A stretch of 32,000 bases of DNA, taken from the NCBI RefSeq assembly GCF_000212395.1, contig NC_015499.1, forward strand, positions 1,157,421 through 1,189,420, given 5' to 3'. The notes under the pieces are model-generated. The model did not search any database and was not told where the DNA came from. It saw nothing but the letters and a program-made list of their open reading frames with translations. A program made the translations under genes and the position numbers. Source of the stretch: Thermodesulfobium narugense DSM 14796 (lineage in GTDB: Bacteria > Thermodesulfobiota > Thermodesulfobiia > Thermodesulfobiales > Thermodesulfobiaceae). Shown here in pieces: positions 1 through 9,106 of the stretch (position 1 is the first letter of the stretch; every line of letters begins with the position of its first letter).

Positions 1-1917
1 ATTGTCGTTTACATAAACTATTTTAAAGTTCTTGTCTGTAATCATCACAAAATCGCTTCCAGAATTAAGAGCCGTAGAAGTCATAGCGTTAAATCTTTCC
101 ATTTCAATTTTACCTAAAGCAAAACTTATGTCGCTACCTATTTCATTTAAAAGCTTTATTATATCTGGAGTAAAAAAATCCTTTTTAGCAGAACAACAAA
201 CTATTGAACCAATAACTTTATTATTTTTAAAAATTGGTATTGCTGCACAGGCATTCAGAAAGATAAAACCTTTAAACCTTTCCTTAATTTCTTCAGTCTT
301 TGATGAAGTTATTAAGTCATTATAATAAGAAATTTCTTTATTTTTTATTGAAAGAGCGCTAACAAAACCTTTTTCTATCAAAACATAAAACTCTTCTTTA
401 TAACTTTCTTCAATAAACTTTAAAAAGTCCCTATATTGAGTGCTAAAATCATCTTCTTGATAGTAGAAATTATAGAGTTTTAATTTATTCTCATCATCAA
501 TTACAGTAAAGTAAACAATTGAAAAACCAGCATCCTTTACCAATATTTCATTCATCATCTGATATAAATCCCTAATAGAGTCGGCTCTAACAATAAGTTG
601 ATTTATATCTGAAAGGGTCACATATAATCTTGTCAACTCTGATATCTTTTCTTGCTGGAGCTTTTCTTTGGTAATATCTCTTGAAAGTTCCACAAATCTA
701 TAAACTTTGTTATCAAAGAAAACTGGAATAAAAATAGTATCTAAGTAAAATACACTTTTATCTTTAGATTGCCTTACAACTTCGCACTCACATCTTTCTC
801 CCTTAGAAATCTTATCAATCAGCTCGTTGTAAAGATTTTCTGGATAAAAATCAGAAATAAACATCGACAGTTTGTTTCCTATAATCTCATCTGCACTATA
901 ACCAGAAATTTTTTCAACAGCCTTATTTACGTGCAGGATTGTTCCAGTTTCATCCGCTATTAAAAACCATTCCGGAGATTCTTCCATCGCCTCACTAAGT
1001 AGCTTTATATTTCTCTCTTTATCAATTTTTTCTAGAGCAAAAGAAATGTCAACCTTTATTTCATCAAGAATTCCCATATATTCTTCGCTGAATAGATCTG
1101 GTGTCCTTGAGTATATTATCAATATAAATTCAACTTTATTACCTTTAAAAAGCGGAATAGAACAAGCAGAACGAATTCCAAATTTTTTATGATATATTGC
1201 CCATGGACTCATTAATTCAGATTTTAAAGTGTCAGAGATCAGAAAAATATTTCCTGATCTATAAGCATTGCCCACTGTTCCTCTACCTTCAGGAATTTTT
1301 TCATCAACCGAAATAGTAACCTTTTTAAAGTTGTCAACTAGGACTTCAGGGATATTCTTTGCAAAAAACTTCAATCTAAAAAGTTTGTTAGAATCTATAT
1401 AACCAAGAAATGCGCCGGCGTAGCCGAGTTTATCGACTAATAAATCGCACAAAGCCTGAAGAAGTTCATCTTCTCTATCTATTTTTATAGCAAGCCTATT
1501 TATCTCTTTTATTGTGTATAAAATTGTATCAAGATTTTTCTCTTTCGATATTGGCTCTACTAGACCACTTATCTCAACAGATTTTTCATCTTTAGCCACA
1601 ACTGTTATATTAAGTCTAAGCCATATATAATTTTCCTCACTAGTCTTAAAACGAAATTCATACTTGAGACTTTCTCCGGCACCCATGGATAAGATTTTCT
1701 CAATAAGTTCATCTCTATCATCTGGAAATATGTTTTCAACAAAAAGATTATTCTCAACTAATCTTTTGTCACTAAATCCACCTATAGCTTTGTCCTTAGA
1801 GTTATCAAAAAAATTTAAGCTATCTATTATTAGACTTCTATTTTTAAAGATAAATTTAGAAGTAAACAATACCCCCGAAAGATTATTGATAATGGATAAA
1901 ATAATATTATTATCCAT
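1..1917 (-). CDS. Multi-domain PAS/GAF sensory signalling protein, N-terminal 639 codons; the 3' end runs off the left edge of the window
   Basis: Absent from the ORF track because it has no stop in the window. I checked every + strand triplet in phase with position 1 from 1 to 1917 and found no TTA/CTA/TCA, so the minus frame is open from ATG 1917..1915, with an in-frame TGA 6 codons upstream. The translation MDNNIILSIINNLSGV...KYEFRFKTSEENYIWLRLN...GYAGAFLGYID...GRGTVGNAYRSGN...IRSACSIPLF...ESPEWFLIADETGTILHVNKAVEKISGYSADEIIGN... shows alternating PAS-like and GAF-like blocks. The output domain lies outside the window. Confidence 0.75.
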   Translation of the reverse strand, partial: MDNNIILSIINNLSGVLFTSKFIFKNRSLIIDSLNFFDNSKDKAIGGFSDKRLVENNLFVENIFPDDRDELIEKILSMGAGESLKYEFRFKTSEENYIWLRLNITVVAKDEKSVEISGLVEPISKEKNLDTILYTIKEINRLAIKIDREDELLQALCDLLVDKLGYAGAFLGYIDSNKLFRLKFFAKNIPEVLVDNFKKVTISVDEKIPEGRGTVGNAYRSGNIFLISDTLKSELMSPWAIYHKKFGIRSACSIPLFKGNKVEFILIIYSRTPDLFSEEYMGILDEIKVDISFALEKIDKERNIKLLSEAMEESPEWFLIADETGTILHVNKAVEKISGYSADEIIGNKLSMFISDFYPENLYNELIDKISKGERCECEVVRQSKDKSVFYLDTIFIPVFFDNKVYRFVELSRDITKEKLQQEKISELTRLYVTLSDINQLIVRADSIRDLYQMMNEILVKDAGFSIVYFTVIDDENKLKLYNFYYQEDDFSTQYRDFLKFIEESYKEEFYVLIEKGFVSALSIKNKEISYYNDLITSSKTEEIKERFKGFIFLNACAAIPIFKNNKVIGSIVCCSAKKDFFTPDIIKLLNEIGSDISFALGKIEMERFNAMTSTALNSGSDFVMITDKNFKIVYVNDN

Positions 1918-1964
1918 ATTCGTTATTGAAGCTCAATACTTTTCCTCTATAAATCATTTTTATA

Positions 1965-3785
1965 TTATTTACCAGAAGGAATCCTTGCTTCCAGTGATAA
2001 TCTCTTTAAAAATTCTTCTATGCTCATTTGTCCTTCGTCTTTCATACCCCTTGTCCTAAGCGATATTAACTTTTCATCAAGTTCCTTTTTCCCTATCACC
2101 AATATATATGGAATCCTGTTTAACTCTGCATCCCTTATTCTGTACTTTAAGGTTTCGTTTCTTTTATCAACTTTAACCCTATAATCTTCTTTAGACAGCT
2201 TCTTTTCAACTTCAGAAGAATATTCTAAGAGTTCTGAGTCTTCCTTAACAGGAATAATTATTATTTGTATAGGAGAGAGCCAAGCTGGGAACACACCCGC
2301 ATAGTTTTCTATTAGCGCACCAAGGAATCTTTCCATACTTCCAACTACCGTTCTGTGAATCATCACAGGCCTTTTTTTAGTACCATCCTTATCGGCATAT
2401 TCAAGATTAAACCTCTCTGGAAGCGCAAAATCTACCTGAATAGTAGGACCAGTCCACTTTCGCCCAAGCGCATCTATTAGTTCTACTTGAATCTTTGGCC
2501 CGTAAAACGCACCATCTCCATCAATTATCTCGAATTCAATATTTTTTTGTTTAAGAGCACTAATCAATGAATTTGTTGCAAGATTCCACTGCTCATCTGT
2601 ACCTATCGAGCCATCAGGTCTGGTACCCACAGAAACTACATATTTAAATCCAAAAAGCTCCATCATATCCTTTGCAAAGTTGAGAACCCCTATTATTTCA
2701 TCCTGAAGCTGTTCATTCGTACAGAATATGTGAGCATCATCCTGAGTAAAACCTCTAACTCTCAAAAGGCCATGCAACGCTCCTGATCTCTCAAACCTAT
2801 ACACCGTTCCAAGTTCAAAAAATCTTATAGGCAAATCTCTATAGCTTCTAGTTTTAGAGTTGTATATCATCATATGACCAGGACAATTCATAGGCTTTAC
2901 TGCATATTCCTGCCCATCATTTTCAAATATGTACATATTTTCTTTGTAAAAATCAAAATGCCCTGAAATCTTCCAGATCTTTAAATTCATCATATGAGGA
3001 GTATAAACTATCTCATAACCCCTTTTAACGTGTTCCTTCCTTAAATAGTCTTCAATAATAGTTCTAATAACTCCCCCATTGGGATGCCACAGGATAAGAC
3101 CAGCTCCTACTTCATCAGCCATGCTATAAAGATCTAGTTCTTTACCTAATTTCCTGTGATCTCTTTTATATACTTCCTCCAACCAATTAAGATGATTTTT
3201 TAAGTCTTCTTCTGTCCAAAAAGCAGTTCCATATATTCTCTGGAGCATCTCCCTTTTTTCGTCACCCCTCCAATATGCTCCAGCTACATTTAGCAATTTA
3301 AAATGTTTTATCTGACCGGTAGAAGAAAGATGAGGTCCTCTACATAGATCTATAAAATTTCCCTGTTTGTATATGCACACGTCATCATCAGGAATATCTT
3401 TTATCAGCTCTAATTTATAATCTTCTTTAAGATCGGAAAATAATTTAATTGCATCTTCTTTCTTAAGACACATCTTTGTAATCTCAAGATCTCTTTGGGC
3501 TATTTCTTTCATCTTTTTTTCTATTATCTCAAGGTCTTCAGGCGTAAAGGGTTCTTTTCTATATATGTCATAATAAAAACCGTTTTCTATAGAGGGACCA
3601 ATTGCAAGCTTTGTTTCAGGAAAAAGTTCTTTTACAGCTTGAGCCAAAAGGTGGGCTGCAGAATGTCTTAAAACATCCAAAGATTCTTTATCTTTATCGG
3701 TAACAGGTTTTAAAGATTCTCCTTCTCTATAGTCTCTGAAATCAACAAGTTTATCGTTGTCTAGATAACAAATAATTTGAGACAT
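1965..3785 (-). CDS. thrS: Threonine--tRNA ligase (class II ThrRS)
   Basis: Long ORF with the editing-domain motif LRHSAAHLLAQA, class II core blocks (YRDLPIRFFELGTVYRFE, GLLRVRGFTQDDAHIF) and a C-terminal anticodon-binding domain. The track start is TTG at 3788. The ATG one codon later (3785..3783) lies 5 nt after GGAGG (ctGGAGGtcttgATG), so I prefer it. Confidence 0.93.
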   Translation of the reverse strand: MSQIICYLDNDKLVDFRDYREGESLKPVTDKDKESLDVLRHSAAHLLAQAVKELFPETKLAIGPSIENGFYYDIYRKEPFTPEDLEIIEKKMKEIAQRDLEITKMCLKKEDAIKLFSDLKEDYKLELIKDIPDDDVCIYKQGNFIDLCRGPHLSSTGQIKHFKLLNVAGAYWRGDEKREMLQRIYGTAFWTEEDLKNHLNWLEEVYKRDHRKLGKELDLYSMADEVGAGLILWHPNGGVIRTIIEDYLRKEHVKRGYEIVYTPHMMNLKIWKISGHFDFYKENMYIFENDGQEYAVKPMNCPGHMMIYNSKTRSYRDLPIRFFELGTVYRFERSGALHGLLRVRGFTQDDAHIFCTNEQLQDEIIGVLNFAKDMMELFGFKYVVSVGTRPDGSIGTDEQWNLATNSLISALKQKNIEFEIIDGDGAFYGPKIQVELIDALGRKWTGPTIQVDFALPERFNLEYADKDGTKKRPVMIHRTVVGSMERFLGALIENYAGVFPAWLSPIQIIIIPVKEDSELLEYSSEVEKKLSKEDYRVKVDKRNETLKYRIRDAELNRIPYILVIGKKELDEKLISLRTRGMKDEGQMSIEEFLKRLSLEARIPSGK

Positions 3786-3903
3786 CAAGACCTCCAGATT
3801 GTATTATTGATAGATAATTAAATATACCACAAATTTAATTAAAAGTTTATTGCATGAGGATTTAAAGATATTGAAAAAAGCTGACTAATGGGGGCACTTT
3901 GAA

Positions 3904-3979
3904 TGGTGGGCGGTGTAGGAATCGAACCTACGACCTCTTGCATGTCAAGCAAGCGTTCCAACCACTGAACTAACCGCCC
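3904..3979 (-). tRNA. tRNA-Val, anticodon GAC, CCA encoded
   Basis: The minus strand reads GGGCGGT TA GTTC AGTGGTTG GAAC G CTTGC TTGACAT GCAAG AGGTC GTAGG TTCGATT CCTAC ACCGCCC A CCA. This is a 76-nt cloverleaf with 7-bp acceptor, 4-bp D, 5-bp anticodon and 5-bp T stems, and a TTCGATT T-loop. The anticodon loop TTGACAT gives GAC. Confidence 0.93.
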
Positions 3980-3994
3980 TTCGAATATTGAAAT

Positions 3995-4021
3995 ATTATA
4001 TCATAAAACAAAAAGAGTCAA
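3995..4021 (-). promoter_or_regulatory. Sigma70-type promoter candidate for tRNA-Val (extended -10)
   Basis: The minus strand reads cagcTTGACTctttttgttttaTGaTATAATatttcaatattcga followed by the tRNA 5' end. -35 is TTGACT (4021..4016) and -10 is a consensus TATAAT (4000..3995) preceded by TGn. The spacer is only 15 nt. The -10 ends 15 nt before the mature tRNA 5' end. Confidence 0.55.
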
Positions 4022-4062
4022 GCTGATGATATTATAATATTATTTTCTCATTAAATAATTAT

Positions 4063-4947
4063 TTACTGTATACTCTTTAAAATTTTCTCGTATGACTCGT
4101 TTCTTTTAGAAAATTTATTTGAATACATTGATATATCAGCTCTTTTAAAGATACTTTCAAATTCTTCTTCTCTTGCATTTCCAACAGAATAGCCCATACT
4201 AAAATACAAAGGAACACTAATTCTATCCTTTAAATCTAAGTAAACTGATTTAATTCTCTGTATCAAATTTTCCATCAAATTAATATTTGCATGAGGAATA
4301 AGTATTGCAAACTCATCTCCTCCTACCCTACAAACTATATCGCTCTTACGAAAAGCCTTCCTAAGTATCTTAGCTATTCCTTGCAATGCCTTATCTCCAG
4401 CATGATGACCCAAAGAATCGTTGATTAACTTCATACCGTCTACGTCAAATACAAATACGCCTATCGGGTCCATTCTCCCATCACTATACTTTTTTATTTC
4501 ATTTTCAAAATAGTTTCTATTGTAAAGTCCCGTCAATTCATCGTGAAAACTTAAATATTTTAACTTTTCATTTTGTTGATATATATTTGACAAATCTTGA
4601 AAAACACAAAATCTATAAAAATTTTCATCAACTTTTACTAAATCCGAAATTAATAGAATATGCCTAAATTCATGATTTAATCTTTTTGTAAATACAAGAG
4701 AAATAGTATTTATCTTTTTTTCGAATTGTTCAATTAATCTTTTAATAATGTTATCGCCATCTTTACCAAAAAAACTATTATCCAGATTTATAGAATGATG
4801 TCCAAAAAAAGAAGAAAATTTTTTACTTTTTCCGATTATATTAAAACTTTCATCTATCACGCATATTACTAAGGAAGACAGATCAAAAAACACGCATTCT
4901 GAACTTTTAAGCGCTTTACATACTTTTTCCTGAATATCTTTCTCCAC
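4063..4947 (-). CDS. Diguanylate cyclase (GGDEF domain) with an N-terminal sensor region of unclear family
   Basis: 294-aa ORF with a GTG start after GGAGAGGAAG. The C-terminal GGDEF domain has an intact active site (RVGGDEFAIL). An RxxD inhibitory site lies 5 residues upstream (RKSD-IVCRV-GGDEF). Confidence 0.85.
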   Translation of the reverse strand: MEKDIQEKVCKALKSSECVFFDLSSLVICVIDESFNIIGKSKKFSSFFGHHSINLDNSFFGKDGDNIIKRLIEQFEKKINTISLVFTKRLNHEFRHILLISDLVKVDENFYRFCVFQDLSNIYQQNEKLKYLSFHDELTGLYNRNYFENEIKKYSDGRMDPIGVFVFDVDGMKLINDSLGHHAGDKALQGIAKILRKAFRKSDIVCRVGGDEFAILIPHANINLMENLIQRIKSVYLDLKDRISVPLYFSMGYSVGNAREEEFESIFKRADISMYSNKFSKRNESYEKILKSIQ

Positions 4948-4983
4948 CTTTCTTCCTCTCCGAAATAAATAAAAGTTTTCACA

Positions 4984-5012
4984 AAAATATCATTTTGTTA
5001 TAAGTTTGTCAA
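4984..5012 (-). promoter_or_regulatory. Sigma70-type promoter candidate for the GGDEF gene (extended -10)
   Basis: The minus strand reads TTGACAaacttataacaaaaTGaTATTTT. -35 is a consensus TTGACA (5012..5007), the spacer is 17 nt, and -10 is TATTTT (4989..4984) preceded by TGn. It lies about 35 nt upstream of the GTG start. Confidence 0.5.
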
Positions 5013-5042
5013 ATATTATTATTAAGTTTATTAAATAAAAAT

Positions 5043-5936
5043 TTATGAAACTCTTACAAAAAACTGCTGGTTATTTACAAATTCTACTCTTAGCAAATTT
5101 TCATCAAGTAGATAACTTATATATGCCAAAATAGAGAGTCTCATCAATACATTCGTAGCCATATCCTTTATTGTTATATTAAACTTATCGTATATAAGAT
5201 TTAGGAGCTCTATTTCAGATACTTCTTTGAAACAAATGTCTAAAATAAACTCTAAAATTTGATTAATAATTCTTTCATTTTCATTAAGAACGTCAAGATA
5301 GTTTTCAAAAAGGTCACCATGCGAAGGTATTATTCCCTTGAATTTAGAATTTTTTAAGAAATTAAGAGTTTGTAAAGTTCCTTTTATGTCCGAGTTAAGT
5401 GGTATTTTGTGCTTAGCTAAAAATTCATAAGAGATAAAAGAGTCAGCAGAGAAAAGATAGTTTTCAAATAAAATACCAATTTGTCCAAATGAATGACCAG
5501 GCAGCTCAACAATTTCAAAATTTATGTTTTCAAAGCTTATCTTGCCGTGATCAACAATTTTGTCAACATTAATTTTCTTACCAAGAAAGAATTTTTGATG
5601 AAGGATTTTAGGAGGATTGGCGCCACAAAAAAGATATATGGGTTCCATCAATGGATATTCCAGTATAGATTTAGCAGGAAGAGTTGAAAGCACTTCAGTA
5701 TTAAGATGTTTTACAAACCATGAAGCACCTCCAAAGTGATCGGCATGAGCGTGAGTAATAATTATTTTTTTGGGAATAATTTTCTCAGCGTCTAGTATTT
5801 TGAATGCTTTTTTTGCATTATCGTCATCAATTCCTGCATCAATCAATATAGCTTCCTTTTTTTCATTTAACAAAAAACCTATGTTTACATTGGATTTTAT
5901 ATACCCTAAGCGATCGTTTATATAAATTAATTGCAT
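5043..5936 (-). CDS. Metallo-beta-lactamase-fold hydrolase, substrate unknown
   Basis: Carries the HxHxDH zinc motif (IITHAHADHFGG) plus downstream His/Asp ligands (PGHSFG, PSHGD). The track start is ATG 5948. The internal ATG at 5936 lies 5 nt after GGAGG (atGGAGGtagttATG) and is preferred; the track ATG overlaps that SD. Confidence 0.8.
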   Translation of the reverse strand: MQLIYINDRLGYIKSNVNIGFLLNEKKEAILIDAGIDDDNAKKAFKILDAEKIIPKKIIITHAHADHFGGASWFVKHLNTEVLSTLPAKSILEYPLMEPIYLFCGANPPKILHQKFFLGKKINVDKIVDHGKISFENINFEIVELPGHSFGQIGILFENYLFSADSFISYEFLAKHKIPLNSDIKGTLQTLNFLKNSKFKGIIPSHGDLFENYLDVLNENERIINQILEFILDICFKEVSEIELLNLIYDKFNITIKDMATNVLMRLSILAYISYLLDENLLRVEFVNNQQFFVRVS

Positions 5937-5989
5937 AACTACCTCCATTAAAAGATAAATAAAATATTAAGCAAATTATAACTTTGTTT

Positions 5990-5998
5990 TGATAAAAT
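5990..5998 (+). promoter_or_regulatory. Extended -10 element (TGaTAAAAT) directly upstream of rarA; possible leaderless transcript
   Basis: tttTGaTAAAATaaaaatATG. The -10 ends 6 nt before the rarA ATG (6005). No SD-like purine run lies upstream, and the -35 (AGCAAA) is poor. Confidence 0.3.
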
Positions 5999-6004
5999 AA
6001 AAAT

Positions 6005-7267
6005 ATGAAAAACTTATTTGAAAGTGAAATTTCTTTGTCTCAAGCTATTCGTCCCAAAAACTTAGATGAATTCCTGGGACAAAGTCACCTATTAAGGAAA
6101 GATGGTACTATCTATAAAAGTATTGTAAACGCAAAATTAAGAAGTGTAATTTTATATGGACCACCCGGAGTAGGGAAAACTACCCTTGCAAAAATAATTG
6201 CCTCTTATTCAAAAGCTAATTTTGAAATCTTAAATGCAGTACTAAGTGGAGTACCAGAACTAAGAAAGATTATAGAAAAAGCAATAGATGACAAAAAAAG
6301 AGGCATAGAAACCTTACTTTTTGTGGACGAGGTTCACCGATGGAACAAAGCTCAACAAGATGCTCTGCTTCCTGTTTTAGAGGATAATACTATCAGATTC
6401 GTAGGAGCTACTGTCGAAAATCCTTTTTTCTATATAATTAAACCATTACTTTCAAGATCGCTGTTACTTACACTTCACCCTCTTAATAAAGAGGACCTTA
6501 GTAAGTTATTTGATAGAGCAATAAATTATTATAAGAGGTATAAAAATAAAGAAATTATTTTCGATATGCAAACAAAAGAATTAATAATCAACCTTGCACA
6601 AAAGGACGCAAGATATTTATTAAACATTATTGAACTAATCGTAGAATCTTCAGAAGAAGATACAATAAGGCTATCAAAAGATGCCTTAGATGGAATAATT
6701 GAAAAAAAGCTTTTGTTCGACAAATCTAGCGATCAACACTATGATACAATTTCTGCCTTTATAAAATCTATAAGGGGTAGCGATCCTGATGCTGCTATTT
6801 ACTATCTTGCTTTGATGCTAAACTCAGGAGAAGATCCAAGGTTTATAGCTCGAAGGCTTATAATTCTTGCATCAGAAGATATAGGCATGGCCGATCCATA
6901 TGCTATAACAATTGCTGTATCCACACTCGATGCAGTAAACTTTGTAGGTCTCCCAGAAGCAGAAATAAACCTTGCCCATGCCACAGTATATCTCGCGTGT
7001 GCGCCAAAAAGTAACACCGCATATATAGCGCTAAATAACGCAAAAAAATCCATTCAAGATGAAGAAATATTAAAAATACCAGAACACCTCAAAAATATTC
7101 ATACAGAAGATTTAAAAAATAGATACCTTTATCCTCACGACTTTCCAGATCACTTTGTGAGACAAAGGTATCTATCCGAAAATAAGAAATTTTACTACCC
7201 TTCAGATGTAGGCTTTGAAAAGAAAATAAAAGAGAGAATACAAAAATTATGGGGCGATGAAAAATAG
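6005..7267 (+). CDS. rarA: Replication-associated recombination protein A (AAA+ ATPase, MgsA/RarA family)
   Basis: 420 aa. The N-terminus has the typical RP.NLDEF.GQ.HLL block. Walker A is GPPGVGKTTLA and Walker B is LLFVDEVHRWNK. The C-terminal MgsA domain shows DQHYDTISAFIKSIRGSDPDAA.YYLA.M...GEDPRFIARRL. Confidence 0.93.
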   Translation: MKNLFESEISLSQAIRPKNLDEFLGQSHLLRKDGTIYKSIVNAKLRSVILYGPPGVGKTTLAKIIASYSKANFEILNAVLSGVPELRKIIEKAIDDKKRGIETLLFVDEVHRWNKAQQDALLPVLEDNTIRFVGATVENPFFYIIKPLLSRSLLLTLHPLNKEDLSKLFDRAINYYKRYKNKEIIFDMQTKELIINLAQKDARYLLNIIELIVESSEEDTIRLSKDALDGIIEKKLLFDKSSDQHYDTISAFIKSIRGSDPDAAIYYLALMLNSGEDPRFIARRLIILASEDIGMADPYAITIAVSTLDAVNFVGLPEAEINLAHATVYLACAPKSNTAYIALNNAKKSIQDEEILKIPEHLKNIHTEDLKNRYLYPHDFPDHFVRQRYLSENKKFYYPSDVGFEKKIKERIQKLWGDEK

Positions 7268-7268
7268 T

Positions 7269-7913
7269 TTATTTTTCAAAAACTGCTTTCATAACAACCA
7301 ACTCTTTTTCTTTGTTTCCAGGTGTTATCTCATATTTACATGAGTTAATCCTATTTACACCATATTTCCATGCTGCTAAAAATTCATTTAACGTTTTAAT
7401 TGGAAATTCATTTCCAGTCAATTTATAGTGCATTGGAACAATTTGTTTTGGATTAATCATATCTACAATCTTCAACACCTCATCTGGTCCAATTGTATAA
7501 AACCCACCTACAGGAATCAAAAGCAAATCAAGGCTTTCATATGGCTTCAAAGAACCCTTCGATGGAACTTCCCCTAAATCGCCCATGTGAGCAAGACTTA
7601 CTCCGTCAGCAGTTATTTTAAAAGCAACTACCTTACCTCTCTCCTTACCTGCATTGTCGTCATGGTTAAATATATGACCTTCAATAGAAAGATCTTTGAA
7701 TTCAAATTTGCCAGCATCCTTAAATACTTTCGGATTTCCTTTAACAACGTTAACCGCATTGTGATCAAAATGATCGTGAGATGTAAAAACTACATCAACT
7801 GGCACAGAAGGCAAAGGATATCCAACTTTTTCATTAAAGGGATCAAACATAAATCTTGTGCCAGCTTTTGTCTCACATACGAAACAGGAATGTCCAAAGT
7901 ATTCAATTTTCAT
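7269..7913 (-). CDS. MBL-fold metal-dependent hydrolase (UPF0173-like)
   Basis: 214 aa starting MKIEYFGHSCF, with an HDHFDH motif and a late His (PMHY). RBS: GGGAGGttaaaagATG. Its stop lies 1 nt from the convergent rarA stop. Confidence 0.8.
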   Translation of the reverse strand: MKIEYFGHSCFVCETKAGTRFMFDPFNEKVGYPLPSVPVDVVFTSHDHFDHNAVNVVKGNPKVFKDAGKFEFKDLSIEGHIFNHDDNAGKERGKVVAFKITADGVSLAHMGDLGEVPSKGSLKPYESLDLLLIPVGGFYTIGPDEVLKIVDMINPKQIVPMHYKLTGNEFPIKTLNEFLAAWKYGVNRINSCKYEITPGNKEKELVVMKAVFEK

Positions 7914-8080
7914 CTTTTAACCTCCCGAAAAAATAGAATTTTTTATTATTTTTCGTTTACAGATTTAACTACTTACTTAATTATTAAATATTATTTTAAA
8001 TCAAAAATAAATTAAAATGATAGAATAACCTTGTTACTTATGCTTTCATTTTCACGTATTCTTTTGAAGAGGTGATAATA

Positions 8081-9106
8081 ATGAAAATTTTGATTGCTGG
8101 AACTGGAGCTTTAGGAATGCTATTTGCAGCATATCTATCAGAAGAGCATGAAGTTCAGCTTTTTGGATTTAGTAAAAATGTAGACTTTATAAACAACAAT
8201 GGAATAAAAGTTCTAACACCGCACGGCACAAAAAATTATAAAAACGTTAGAGCATTTAGCAACCCAAAATCAATTGAAAATGAAAAGTTTGATCTATTAA
8301 TTACTGTCGTAAAATCTTTTGCCACAAAAGACTATTACGACGCTCTCGAAAGTGTAAGAACAAATATCTCTTATGCGCTTTCTTTTCAAAACGGTATAAA
8401 AAAGGAAGAAGAACTGATAAATTTTATAGGCAAAGATAGGGCCATCTCTTCAGCGTGTACCATAGGCGCAACTTTTACAGATAAAGGGGTTGTCAATTAT
8501 ACTTCTCCTGGCTCTATATGGCTTTCGTTATACGAAAAAACAAACTCATCCACAAAATTTCTTGAAGACTTATCTCAAACTTTTGCTGACATCAACTTCC
8601 CAGCAAACATTGAAAGTGACCCATACGGTCTTGTGTGGAACAAACTTGTATTTTACAGTGCAGGCGCAGCAGTAGGTTGTTTGACTTTGCTTCCATATCA
8701 TATGATATGGAGTTCAAATAGCCTTTGTAAAGTCTTTCTGGATGCATTAAAGGAAGGAAAAGTTATTGCAGAAAGCGAAGGAATAAAACTTTTTGATATG
8801 AAAGGACTTGAAGTAATTAGTTTAACCACTTCACTTAGTGAAGACGAGGCCACAGAGATATTGAACGGTAAAGCGAAACAACTCGAAACAAAAAACTTAA
8901 AGGATTTAAGGGTATCGATGTCTGTTGACATTTTAAGACAAAAGAAAACAGAACTAGAATTTACTTTAGGAGAGCTCTATCACAGAGGAGTAAAAAATAA
9001 ACTTATCACACCTGTAATTCACACATCATATCATGTGGTAAAGGGATTAGAAGAGCTTTATCTCAACAAAGAAAGAAATTTCTTGTATAAATACAGGTTA
9101 ATATAA
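8081..9106 (+). CDS. 2-dehydropantoate 2-reductase family (ApbA/PanE-like) NAD(P)-dependent oxidoreductase
   Basis: N-terminal Rossmann motif MKILIAGTGALG, plus family blocks VWNKLVFYSA and SMSVDILRQKKTELE (compare SM.QD....R.TEI). The track start is GTG 8072. The ATG at 8081 follows GAGGTG by 6 nt and is preferred. Confidence 0.75.
   Translation: MKILIAGTGALGMLFAAYLSEEHEVQLFGFSKNVDFINNNGIKVLTPHGTKNYKNVRAFSNPKSIENEKFDLLITVVKSFATKDYYDALESVRTNISYALSFQNGIKKEEELINFIGKDRAISSACTIGATFTDKGVVNYTSPGSIWLSLYEKTNSSTKFLEDLSQTFADINFPANIESDPYGLVWNKLVFYSAGAAVGCLTLLPYHMIWSSNSLCKVFLDALKEGKVIAESEGIKLFDMKGLEVISLTTSLSEDEATEILNGKAKQLETKNLKDLRVSMSVDILRQKKTELEFTLGELYHRGVKNKLITPVIHTSYHVVKGLEELYLNKERNFLYKYRLI

Noticed and set aside
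32-2059. Plus-strand track ORFs 32..325, 769..963 and 1664..2059
   Set aside because: They are low-complexity Leu/Ile/Ser/Phe-rich translations lying antisense to an uninterrupted 639-codon minus-strand frame with PAS/GAF-like content, and 1664..2059 also overlaps the thrS 3' end. None has an SD.
3786-3903. T-box or other leader riboswitch upstream of thrS
   Set aside because: Only about 118 nt separate thrS from the tRNA-Val gene. That is too short for a T-box, and I saw no specifier or antiterminator-like helices.
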